A stretch of DNA of 64,000 bases from a virus: positions 53,938 through 117,937 of IMG/VR virus record IMGVR_UViG_3300021960_000027; one strand, 5' to 3'. Each line of letters opens with the position of its first letter. Position 1 is the first letter of the stretch. Under the pieces are notes generated by a model that did no database searches, was not told the origin of the DNA, and saw only the letters and a program-made list of their open reading frames with translations. Both the position numbers and the translations under genes were made by a program. This document shows, one piece after another, positions 46,571-55,969 of this stretch.

Positions 46571-49153
46571 ATGAGTGACCTTTGGAACGCGGCAAGCATT
46601 GATTATGAGAAAGAGTCCCGTGATGCGTTGATTTCAAACGCTCGCGTGGCATGTGCAGAACATTTTGTTTTTGCATCATCTGCCTCTTCTAGCGAAGAGT
46701 TTCAAGATCGTCTTGCTTTGGTTGCACCGCAAATTGAAAAGAAAGTTTTAGCATCCACTATCTCTGATGCTTCTATGTTTCCCGTTGTTCACGCGGCTGT
46801 GCTGGAGTCACTAGAAGAGGATTTTTCTATCCTTCTTGCTGACCGTGAGGCTTCAATGAAGAAGGGTGCCCCGTTCGCTGGATATTCCGACTTTGACGAG
46901 TGTGTTCGCAAGAATGCTGACAAGGATGATCCAAAGGCGTACTGCGGTTCTATCAAGAACAAGGTAGAAAAGAAGTCTTCTCGTAAGTGGGCATCACTTC
47001 CCAAGTTGGCAGAAAATGCTCCTGACCATTTCGGTCCGCACCCAAATTCTCAGGCTGGTGACGCGATTAGCCAACTTGACGACGTTGATGTTGAGTCTGC
47101 TCCAGAGAACTCAAACGAAGGCTGGGTCAATGAGGATGCAAAGGCAGAACAGCGTAAGGATGCCGGTCGTAAAACCGCGGCTCCGTTTGCCGATCTTGTT
47201 CGCATTTTTGAAACGGACAGCGGTGAAACTGTTGATGTGTACAGCAACGGAATTAAGTATTGCAACGGCTGTCGTACCAAATTTATGGACTACACCGATG
47301 ATGAGGTGAAGTCCCATATTTGTGGTGATAACTACGGCACCGCATCTTGGGAGCGTTTGGATGATGACGGTCTTGCTCCTGCTTGGGAGCGGATGGCTAG
47401 TCGTAAGACCGCTGAAAGAAACTGGGTGGGCGATAAGTACGTTAGTGGTCGCGATGTAAAAGACATTGCGAAGGACATTCGCTCTGAGATTAAGAGTCTG
47501 ATTGCTCAGGGAAAGATTCCCGGCGCGCCTGTCAAGTATTCCGTTAAGATTGATCGTTACTCAATGGGTCAATCAATCGACATCAATATTATGAACTGGG
47601 ATGAATACTCCCATGTTTATGAAGTCGACAAGAGCGGTTTCAGCGGACGCGAATATTCTCAAGAGGCAGGCAAAGTCAAGGAAATCCTTAACTCTATTTT
47701 GGAAAGCCATCTTTTTGATAATAGCGACATAATGACTGACTATTGGAATGTCAACTTCTATGGTTTCGTAAACTTTGATAGTTGGACATCCGGTTCAGAA
47801 GTTGTTGTCATTGACGAAAATGGTCAAAAGGTGGCTAGTCGTAAGACTTCTTCTGTTTATCTTACCAACGTAGGTTTTGTTGGTGGCATCGGAAGCAACA
47901 CTGCAAGGGGATACGATAAAAACGGAGATGAAATTGTTTTCCGTCTTTCAGATTCTGATGCAGAAAAACTTTCTGGGGTTTTGTTGAGCGATCAGGCCAT
48001 GAATTTTTCTGGTGTTGAGATTGATGAAGAAGACATTATTTCAATTCGTAAGGCTTCTTCTCGTCGTGTTCGGGAGGGTGAATCTTTTGGACCGGAAGGT
48101 CGTTATTCGGTAGAGCGTATTGATGGGGATCAGGCGTACGTTTACGACCACTTAAATCGTTCCTACTTCTGGCGAGCGGTTGACCAAATTGACCCAGATT
48201 GGGGCGCAGAAACATCTTCTTGGTATGGCGGTAGGGGTGCTTCTCGTCGCAAAGTAGCGAAAAGAATACTTCTTCCACATAACCAACCTCCTGTGCTTCC
48301 CCATCACCTTGCGGTAAGTGAAAATCCTTTTGTTAAAAAAGACGAAGAGGATGAAGAAGAGGACGAAAAAGAAAGCGACACTGAAGAAGAGGTAGCAGAT
48401 ACTGCCGAAGAAAAGACTGAAGATAAGGTTGATTCTGAGTCAGACGCTGGTGCTGAATCTGAGCCGGTTGCTGAAGAGGTTGTTGCCGAAGAGCAAGAGC
48501 CTGCACCTGTTGCAGAAGAGGTTGATCCTCAAAACATGACTGCCGGTGAGCGCGTTACGGTGAACTACACGATGTCTGGCGGTAACGCTGGAAGTGTCGA
48601 TGCAATGTTCATCCGTGAAGACAAGAATGTGTTCTACTTCAACGGTCCGACTGGCGAGTTTGGTGTGGCTAACACGGGTTCTGGATGGCAGGATGCCGAT
48701 GGCAACTCGTTCTCCTTTTCTTCGCAAGACGGTGTCTCAGAAGATCAGTCTTTTGAGATGAAGCCGAAAGAAACTGATTCGGTTGAGTCTGAAGAGAAGA
48801 CTGCTGGCAAGAAAACCGCAATGCCTTCTCCTGCTGAGATGGGGGTAGAGGTTGGGGATATTTTTGTAAGCAGTTGGGGCTATGACCAAACCAATGTTGA
48901 TTTTTATCAGGTCACTCGTTTGACCGCTCAAAGTGTTGAGGTTCGTGCCATTGCCTCCGAGTTGGTTTCTGGCGATGGTTGGAGTGGGACAGTAGTTGCA
49001 GTTCCCAATGCCTTTCTTGAAGGATTGCAGGCGCAAAAGTTTGTGAGCAGATTGCGACACGGCTATCAAGGAGAGCCATCAATTAAGGTTGGTTATCAAA
49101 GGTACGCGTGGCTTTGGGATGGTAAGCCTAAAACCATGACAAGTTACGCGTGA
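46571..49153 (+). CDS. modular polyprotein with repeated ASRKTA-type linkers (LPD29-like and SWGYDQTN modules)
   Basis: ATG 46571 after GAGGA SD; PFAGYSDFDECV motif, CxxC, KYSVK...SIDI...DNSDIMTDY, acidic tract, GDIFVSSWGYDQTNVDFYQV. Confidence 0.75.
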   Translation: MSDLWNAASIDYEKESRDALISNARVACAEHFVFASSASSSEEFQDRLALVAPQIEKKVLASTISDASMFPVVHAAVLESLEEDFSILLADREASMKKGAPFAGYSDFDECVRKNADKDDPKAYCGSIKNKVEKKSSRKWASLPKLAENAPDHFGPHPNSQAGDAISQLDDVDVESAPENSNEGWVNEDAKAEQRKDAGRKTAAPFADLVRIFETDSGETVDVYSNGIKYCNGCRTKFMDYTDDEVKSHICGDNYGTASWERLDDDGLAPAWERMASRKTAERNWVGDKYVSGRDVKDIAKDIRSEIKSLIAQGKIPGAPVKYSVKIDRYSMGQSIDINIMNWDEYSHVYEVDKSGFSGREYSQEAGKVKEILNSILESHLFDNSDIMTDYWNVNFYGFVNFDSWTSGSEVVVIDENGQKVASRKTSSVYLTNVGFVGGIGSNTARGYDKNGDEIVFRLSDSDAEKLSGVLLSDQAMNFSGVEIDEEDIISIRKASSRRVREGESFGPEGRYSVERIDGDQAYVYDHLNRSYFWRAVDQIDPDWGAETSSWYGGRGASRRKVAKRILLPHNQPPVLPHHLAVSENPFVKKDEEDEEEDEKESDTEEEVADTAEEKTEDKVDSESDAGAESEPVAEEVVAEEQEPAPVAEEVDPQNMTAGERVTVNYTMSGGNAGSVDAMFIREDKNVFYFNGPTGEFGVANTGSGWQDADGNSFSFSSQDGVSEDQSFEMKPKETDSVESEEKTAGKKTAMPSPAEMGVEVGDIFVSSWGYDQTNVDFYQVTRLTAQSVEVRAIASELVSGDGWSGTVVAVPNAFLEGLQAQKFVSRLRHGYQGEPSIKVGYQRYAWLWDGKPKTMTSYA

Positions 49154-49172
49154 CAGGCTGTAGGTAGTTACT

Positions 49173-49799
49173 ATGCCAAGAAACTCAAACCCATACATGA
49201 TGAATGGAACCAATCCATATCGTCAGCAAGACAACAAGTATGATTCTGATAACTATGGCGAGGACACTGGATCTGAAACTATGACCCAGAAAACCCCTTC
49301 GGCAACAGACAATCAGATGCAGGATCAAGAGCAGGAAGACATGCAGTCAACTGCTGGGTTCATGCATGGGCTTGCTGGTCTTGCACCACAGTTTGTTACT
49401 GACGCATACATGTTCGGCTATGACGAAGGTATTATTTCTCGCTCCGCTTCCTTGGCTCACCAAGAGGTGGAAGTTGTTTGGTCACCTTTTGTGGCAGGAT
49501 GTATTCGTGGGGTGGCTTCGACAGGTCACGAAGTTATTGTTCAGCCAAGCGAGAATGGCGTTGGCGGTCGAATGGTAATTTATTCTCGTCAAGGTGAGGC
49601 GATTAGTCGACACGCATTTTCTGATTTGGGTAGCGTTGAGATGAAGGTTAAGTCATCTTTAAGAAGCCTTGCTTCGGGTGGCTTTTCGTTTGATCGTGCA
49701 ATGACTGATGTTTTGTATGACAATCCAGAAGCCGACTTTTTTGAAGCAGTTGATCTTGCCCGTAGTGCCCACCTTCTTGCGAGCAAAAGCAAGGGCTGA
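49173..49799 (+). CDS. hypothetical protein
   Basis: 208 aa in the head region. Confidence 0.7.
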   Translation: MPRNSNPYMMNGTNPYRQQDNKYDSDNYGEDTGSETMTQKTPSATDNQMQDQEQEDMQSTAGFMHGLAGLAPQFVTDAYMFGYDEGIISRSASLAHQEVEVVWSPFVAGCIRGVASTGHEVIVQPSENGVGGRMVIYSRQGEAISRHAFSDLGSVEMKVKSSLRSLASGGFSFDRAMTDVLYDNPEADFFEAVDLARSAHLLASKSKG

Positions 49800-50315
49800 T
49801 TGATGTCTGCTCTTCGTGAAGGCTCAAGTGCCTCGTATGTCGGCTACGAAGCGGATGGCATTGAGGTTGGTGATCGGTGTCTAGTTCTTTCTGCTGAAAA
49901 AACGCAGTCTTTTGTGCGTTGGACGACTGGTTCAAAAATTGGTCAGTACGAAAATGTTCATAACGAAGACTTGGTTGCCGATCAAGCACCTAACAGGTAC
50001 GAGGACGAGTTCACATTTGAGTCGTACAGCAACCGGATTGTTAACACCGCTTGTTTGGAGGTAATTAACAAGAAGGGCGAGCGAGGTTTGTTCGCCGCGC
50101 TGTCTAGTGAGGGTCACATGGACTCTCTGCGGATTCAAACTCAATCTGCTATTTCGGCTGTGATTGATGTACTGTCGGAAGACCCTGTATGGTTGGATAT
50201 CCAATCAAATTTGGGTGTTGAAGAGGCTCGTTCTTTTATGTTTTTTGCCGTTAAAAAGTCGGTTGAAGAACTTTCTAATTTGATGATTGAGGCTCAGGAG
50301 AATGGCGATGAATAA
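49800..50315 (+). CDS. hypothetical protein
   Basis: 171 aa; SH3-like N-terminal pattern. Confidence 0.7.
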   Translation: MMSALREGSSASYVGYEADGIEVGDRCLVLSAEKTQSFVRWTTGSKIGQYENVHNEDLVADQAPNRYEDEFTFESYSNRIVNTACLEVINKKGERGLFAALSSEGHMDSLRIQTQSAISAVIDVLSEDPVWLDIQSNLGVEEARSFMFFAVKKSVEELSNLMIEAQENGDE

Positions 50316-51132
50316 CGGGGAAATTGAACAGAACCACAATGGAACGTGGGATGTGGTTTTTGATGATGGGGAACGGATTGTTGGTCTTTCTTCTCTGTCG
50401 GATGCAATCGCCTTTGCGTACGTTGAGGATGAAACTTCTTTGCAATCATTCGCGATTAGTCTCCCAGAGGGGGCAATGTCAGACTTCCAGTTGCCAAACG
50501 GTCGTTGGCTACGTCAGGGCACTGAAGTAAGCATTCAGGGTGTCCGTGGTCGATTTGTGTTTCAGCACGCACGGAATAATGAAGTAACTGTTTTCGGTGG
50601 CACTCAGGGTCGTGAAATGTTCCGAACCTTCACTGCTGACCGCATCAAGACTGTTCATTCAAAAGACAAGGTGCGTAGGAACATTGATCGCAAGAACTCC
50701 ATGTGGCGTTCTGCACATCAAATGCCAGACCCATCGGTGATTGCCCATTGCCCATTTTGTGGTTCTGGGGATTTAGTTGCTCGCTCAGACGGAAATACTG
50801 AGTGCATTTACTGCAACCGTTTCTTTTCTGTCAGTGAACAGCCAGAGTTTAACGCAGAACCCGGTCATCCTTCTGAGGGGTTGATTGATGGTCAAGAAGA
50901 TAGCGATTCTCCTGTTGTTGAAGAATTGCAATCTGCTCCTGCGTTTGTTGCGCCAGATGAAACTCAAAATGAAGAGCCACAGGATGTTGAAAACCCTGTA
51001 GTGCAGGCACAGTCGTCCAAGTTTATTACCGTCAGCGGAGCCAAACTGAGCAAGATGGACTACATTAAACACTTGGCGTTCCGTCATGGCGATAGGGAGA
51101 ATGTCATCAGGAATCTGAGTGGAGGCGAGTAA
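50302..51132 (+). CDS. Zn-ribbon-containing protein before the portal
   Basis: HCPFCGSG...CIYC; AGGAG SD before ATG 50302. Confidence 0.7.
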   Translation: MAMNNGEIEQNHNGTWDVVFDDGERIVGLSSLSDAIAFAYVEDETSLQSFAISLPEGAMSDFQLPNGRWLRQGTEVSIQGVRGRFVFQHARNNEVTVFGGTQGREMFRTFTADRIKTVHSKDKVRRNIDRKNSMWRSAHQMPDPSVIAHCPFCGSGDLVARSDGNTECIYCNRFFSVSEQPEFNAEPGHPSEGLIDGQEDSDSPVVEELQSAPAFVAPDETQNEEPQDVENPVVQAQSSKFITVSGAKLSKMDYIKHLAFRHGDRENVIRNLSGGE

Positions 51133-51134
51133 CA

Positions 51135-53234
51135 ATGAGTTTTGCCGACGAAGCCGAGTCGGTAAGAAGGCTTTTTTCGACTGCCGGTCACATCGATCCT
51201 TCTGACCCAAATCGTGATGTAATCTCCCAAATGGGGTTGAACCGCTCTGTCAACATGAGGAAGAGCGGTGTTGCTAATTCTATTTCCCTTGCAACTGGTC
51301 GCCCGACAGACCCGATGTTTTACTGGCGTAATGCCAACCTTCCGTACAACATTTGGGAAAAAGATGAGTTGAGCAAGGTTCGCTCCTTTTGCCGAATGCT
51401 GTATTTGCTTCATCCAGTAATTGCGTCTGCGATTGACATCTTCTCAAAGTATCCGCTGGTTGGCATGGAGATTCTCTCTCCAAAAGACGACAAGATTACA
51501 GACTTTTACAACGAACTATTTTTCAATGAACTTGATTACGAAGAGTTCCTTGTTGACGTTGGTCGTGAGTATTGGACTGCTGGAGAAGCGTGGGCGTTTG
51601 GAACGTTCAATGAGTTGCTTGGCGTTTGGGAGTCTGATGAGTTGCTCCAGCCAGATGACATCAAGGTTGTCCGATCCCCATTCTTGCGTGAGCCACGCTA
51701 TGAGATGCGTCTTCCCCAGCACATTCGGGATATCATTCGTGATCGTAAACCGGAGTGGGAATACAAGCAGTTAATTACTGCCTACCCTGAGATGGCATCA
51801 CTTGCCTCTCTTGGTGAGTTGACTGATGAAGACGACCCTCGCGGTTGGATGCCGGTCAGCAACACTCTTCTGTATCACTTGAAGTTTAAGGGCGACACGT
51901 TCCATGATCGTGGTGTTCCTATTTTGATGCGAGCATTCCGTTCAGTAATGCAGGAGGAAATGCTGAATGCCGCGCAGGATGCGATTGCCTCACGTTTGTA
52001 CACTCCACTGATTCTTGCAAAACTGGGTGCTTCAGCAGGCGACTTGGGTACAAATGCTCCTTGGATTCCGTCGCAGGCAGACTTGGACGCTTTTAACGAA
52101 TCTCTCAACGCCGCGCTCGCGGCTGATTTCCGAGTAATGACTCACCATTTTGCGGTCAACATGAGCAACGTTTTTGGTCGTGAATCAATGCCTAATCTAA
52201 ACGGAGATTTTGAACGAATTACTGAGCGCATTCTTCAGACGTTTGGTATGTCAAAGACAATGTTGTCCGGTGCAAGTGGTGGTCAAACTTACGCGGCAGA
52301 CGCGTTGAATAGAGATTTGCTTTCACAGTTGCTGGTTACATATCAAAAACGAATTGCACGTTTCTTCAAAAAGCGCGCTGAGGTTGTTGCTGAGGCTCAA
52401 GGTCACTACGACTTTGAGTTGAAGGGTGGTCGACCTATCCCAATTATGGAAGAAGTAATTGAGGTAGACGAAGAAACAGGTAATCAGCGCATTGTTGAAC
52501 AGCCGAAATTACTTGTTCCAGATTTGAAAATTCGTTACATCAATATGCGAGATCAAGACTCGTATCGCCAATTCTTGGAAGCCTTGCGTGCAACTGGTGT
52601 TCCGATTTCTCAGCGTACAAGAATGGTTAATGTGCCAATTAATTTGGACGAAGAAGCAGAGTCTGTTAAGACAGAGCAGGTTACTCAAGCCGTACTTTCG
52701 CAAGAGGCAAGGAAAGAAACTTACCTTGAACTTCGTCGTCGTGGCCTGCCCATTCCTCAAGATTTGATTGATGACTTTATGCCAAGGGTTGACGATTCTA
52801 AATCTGCAACTACTCCAGAAATTCTTCCATCGATTGGCCGAAATGAGCCTGCTCCTACTGTTGGTTTGGTGCCAACAGAAGAGGACTTGGCTTCGGCTGG
52901 TACGGAGGCAACTGGTCCAATTCCAGATGTAGATATGTCGGATGTTGTAATTAAGAATCTCCCACGCAACCGAATGACTCGTCCACGAAACATTGAGGAA
53001 CAGGGCAATACGCCCTATGAAAGTCACGAACAGCGTGCGGGTATGCCAAGGGCATCTTCATTAGACCCTTCTGTTCAAGTAGACCCTATTCTGGTTGATG
53101 GGGAAGAAGTGGCACGAACAGTGATGTCTGCTCCAAATCACATTGGTATGCGGGCGGTTGCTTCCAAAGAATCTTTTTATCTGTATCAGGAGGAAGACGA
53201 AGTGGATGAAGAAAGCGATGAAGCCTCTGATTGA
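51135..53234 (+). CDS. portal protein
   Basis: 699 aa; LY..HPVIASAIDIFSKYP, GEAW, RGVPILMRAFR, TPLILAKLG, recalled from large actinophage portals. Confidence 0.8.
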   Translation: MSFADEAESVRRLFSTAGHIDPSDPNRDVISQMGLNRSVNMRKSGVANSISLATGRPTDPMFYWRNANLPYNIWEKDELSKVRSFCRMLYLLHPVIASAIDIFSKYPLVGMEILSPKDDKITDFYNELFFNELDYEEFLVDVGREYWTAGEAWAFGTFNELLGVWESDELLQPDDIKVVRSPFLREPRYEMRLPQHIRDIIRDRKPEWEYKQLITAYPEMASLASLGELTDEDDPRGWMPVSNTLLYHLKFKGDTFHDRGVPILMRAFRSVMQEEMLNAAQDAIASRLYTPLILAKLGASAGDLGTNAPWIPSQADLDAFNESLNAALAADFRVMTHHFAVNMSNVFGRESMPNLNGDFERITERILQTFGMSKTMLSGASGGQTYAADALNRDLLSQLLVTYQKRIARFFKKRAEVVAEAQGHYDFELKGGRPIPIMEEVIEVDEETGNQRIVEQPKLLVPDLKIRYINMRDQDSYRQFLEALRATGVPISQRTRMVNVPINLDEEAESVKTEQVTQAVLSQEARKETYLELRRRGLPIPQDLIDDFMPRVDDSKSATTPEILPSIGRNEPAPTVGLVPTEEDLASAGTEATGPIPDVDMSDVVIKNLPRNRMTRPRNIEEQGNTPYESHEQRAGMPRASSLDPSVQVDPILVDGEEVARTVMSAPNHIGMRAVASKESFYLYQEEDEVDEESDEASD

Positions 53235-53367
53235 GTGTCCGCTATGCGGTGAGGAATACGATCCCGTTTCTTCCCGCTGGCTCTGCCCCTATTGCCATTT
53301 TAAAGACACATGTTGTGAGGGAGAACCTTGTCCTCAGCCTGTCGATGGTGCTGAAAGTTCGACATAA
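53218..53367 (+). CDS. small Zn-finger protein
   Basis: CPLCG...WLCPYCHFKDTCCEG. Confidence 0.7.
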   Translation: MKPLIECPLCGEEYDPVSSRWLCPYCHFKDTCCEGEPCPQPVDGAESST

Positions 53368-53370
53368 GAG
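53338..53370 (+). promoter_or_regulatory. candidate late promoter CCTGTC-N21-TAAGAG
   Basis: Same motif, ending 5 nt before ATG 53376. Confidence 0.5.
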
Positions 53371-53375
53371 GTGAC

Positions 53376-55961
53376 ATGGCTACCCATTCCAATCACAAAC
53401 ATTCTGGTGTAAACAGCGAACTCTACTGGAAAGCCTTCCCCAATGACAGAGTTAAAACTGTCGATGGGGAAGGAATTGTCGCGTCTGTAAGCGACGGGTT
53501 TGCTCCTGACACAGAAAAATATGAGATTGTTTTATCTGCCGGTGGGGGAGGCGAGTATTCCTCTTCAGAAATTCTTGAGGTGCTTAACAACACTGGGATT
53601 TCTACGTCTGCCTCTGCCCTCCCCGAAAAGTTGTATCACGCAACATGGGAGCCAAATTTTAATGGCATTGTGAACAAGGGTCTTAAGGCAGGTACATACT
53701 TTGCCAACAAACTTGATTACGCAGTCGGATTTGTTGCCATGCGCCCCGGCGAATACAAGGGCATGGTCTGGAAACGTTTCCCAGATAAAGATGGCAATTA
53801 CATAGATTTTCAGGTGCCTGATTACGAGTACCACGACACGATTGCTGTGTTTTCAATTAGGGTAAGCAAGTTAGATAAGTCTCTTATCAAGGAAAGTTGG
53901 GATCATTCCCCGTCTTATTTCCCATCCGACCTTTTGTCGTACACATACGAGGGCGACATTAAGGGCTATGAACTTGATTTTGAGGGGTATTACCATAACC
54001 CTTCTGCACCAACTACTGCATCGCTTCGCACAACCTCGGCACGCACGCATGGACTAGAACTTGCTCCACTTGGAAGTCAGCACACTGCCGCGGATGATTA
54101 TCCAGAGTTAAATGAGATTCTCTGGGATCGACCAGATTTGATTGATGCCGAACCAGTTGGTTCAGGCATGCTGTCCTTGTCTAAGTTGGCTTCTGTACAA
54201 CGCAAGATTGCAATCAGCCCAAAAGAATTTAGGGAGCAGTTTGGGACACCGCACAGGGACTGGCGCAATTCTGACCCGAACAGAACTCCTGCTCAATATC
54301 AAACCGCACAGGAGTTGGTTGATGATCCAAACACCCCTTGGTGGTGGAGAAAAATTGTCGGTCCGGCTGTTGAGCGTTATGAAGAATCGGCTGGCCTTAA
54401 GTACGACATGGTTAATGCGCCATCAAGAGACTGGTGCCGGTTTAGGCGAGATTCACAGTGCTATTACCCACGAAACCTAGATGAGTACGCTACTGCTCAG
54501 GCTGGCTATCCGGTGTGGATTCCAGAGAATCGTGGTCAGTGTCCACGGACTCCTTGGAATTTGCAAAAGCAGTGCGACATGGCAGAACCCGGTCCGAATT
54601 CTCGCGAAAAAGTCGTGTATCCAGATGCAACGATTCCGTGGAGTGCGGGTGGGCAGAGAATTCCGGGCGGTGCCCGTAGAGTTGCTTCCCTGTACAAGTC
54701 TTCGTCTTGGCGTGATGTTCAGGCAAAGGCAAAGCGTATTAGGAAAAATGGATTTGTCAGAATCCTTGCCGTGTCTGGTGGTGTCATCACTGCTCAGGTA
54801 AAGGGCGATAGCAATATCTATGAGACTTCAATAAGTCGTGTTCCCGGCACTACGCAGGTTGCGCTGTGGTCTTGCGGATGCGACTGGTCAACTTATTCTT
54901 GGGGACGTTCTGGTCGCTGGAAGAAGTATGAGGGTCGCATGTGCAGTCATGCACTTGCCGTCATGTATGAGGCTCAGGCGAGAGAAATGTTTGGTGGGGA
55001 ACTCACCAGCGAAAACATCGATCCAAATTGGCTGACACAGAAGCCGGTTCAAGAGCGTCGTACCACTCCCGGCGAGTGGAGACTTGACGTTGCCGCGTCG
55101 CTTGATAGTCACATTGAGGCGATTGATAGTCGTCGTCTTGCAGTTCTTGCTGATACCTCTCTTTCTGACGCAGAGCAGTCAGAGGCGTTGGGGCAACTTG
55201 CCAGCGCATCTTCTATGATGCGCTTGGATCGTGTTGCTATTTTTTCTTCTCCTGTAGAACCACTGGATTCAGTTGGTCAAATCCCCGAATCCGCTGTTGC
55301 ATTGAATTTTCCTGTCCAGTACATGGGGGAGATTTGCACGGTATTGGGTGTTAATCCAGATACCCATACATGCATGTTGTTGGAACACGGCGAGGTTCCC
55401 ACCCACGCATGCAGTCACCCATCTTATGATTCGGCTTCCGGTCTTCGACTTAAGGACGATGCAATTCCTGTTGCTATTGAGGCACGCAAGACAGCAAAAG
55501 ATCAGGTTGTCGAAGATTCTGTTGAGGAAGAGCCGGTTGAGGAAGAGCCTGCTGTTCAATCAGAATCAATGCTTAACGAAGAACCAGAGCCTGCCCTGCC
55601 AGTTGCCGAGGCGTTTGAAGATGGTGACGAATACGCACTAGAGGACGAAAGCCCTGTTGACAAGGCAGATGATATTGAGATGGTTTCTTCTCATGCAAAC
55701 TTGTCTCCCGGCAATCCATCTCTTGAATGGTTGATGAGCGGTTCAAGCAAAACGGGATCAAATGATACGTCTGACATTGCTTCTGCCGCGAAAGACTTTC
55801 TTGCCAAAGTTGCGGTGAGAGAATTCTCTCCCTCAGAGCAGGCAGACATTATTGGTGAAGGGGAAGGGGACAGGGCAAAAAACCTTGATCTTCTACAGAT
55901 TGAGGGAACCCATTACCAATCAATTAGCGACGATCAACAAGACGACCAGTTTCTGTGGTGA
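53376..55961 (+). CDS. multidomain head-region protein with SWIM Zn finger and LYHAT ART-like module
   Basis: KLYHAT...GLK..TYFA; WSCGC...MCSH (SWIM); linkers RTTSART, RKIA, RRVAS, ARKTA; acidic C-terminus. Confidence 0.65.
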   Translation: MATHSNHKHSGVNSELYWKAFPNDRVKTVDGEGIVASVSDGFAPDTEKYEIVLSAGGGGEYSSSEILEVLNNTGISTSASALPEKLYHATWEPNFNGIVNKGLKAGTYFANKLDYAVGFVAMRPGEYKGMVWKRFPDKDGNYIDFQVPDYEYHDTIAVFSIRVSKLDKSLIKESWDHSPSYFPSDLLSYTYEGDIKGYELDFEGYYHNPSAPTTASLRTTSARTHGLELAPLGSQHTAADDYPELNEILWDRPDLIDAEPVGSGMLSLSKLASVQRKIAISPKEFREQFGTPHRDWRNSDPNRTPAQYQTAQELVDDPNTPWWWRKIVGPAVERYEESAGLKYDMVNAPSRDWCRFRRDSQCYYPRNLDEYATAQAGYPVWIPENRGQCPRTPWNLQKQCDMAEPGPNSREKVVYPDATIPWSAGGQRIPGGARRVASLYKSSSWRDVQAKAKRIRKNGFVRILAVSGGVITAQVKGDSNIYETSISRVPGTTQVALWSCGCDWSTYSWGRSGRWKKYEGRMCSHALAVMYEAQAREMFGGELTSENIDPNWLTQKPVQERRTTPGEWRLDVAASLDSHIEAIDSRRLAVLADTSLSDAEQSEALGQLASASSMMRLDRVAIFSSPVEPLDSVGQIPESAVALNFPVQYMGEICTVLGVNPDTHTCMLLEHGEVPTHACSHPSYDSASGLRLKDDAIPVAIEARKTAKDQVVEDSVEEEPVEEEPAVQSESMLNEEPEPALPVAEAFEDGDEYALEDESPVDKADDIEMVSSHANLSPGNPSLEWLMSGSSKTGSNDTSDIASAAKDFLAKVAVREFSPSEQADIIGEGEGDRAKNLDLLQIEGTHYQSISDDQQDDQFLW

Positions 55962-55969
55962 GGTAACCA

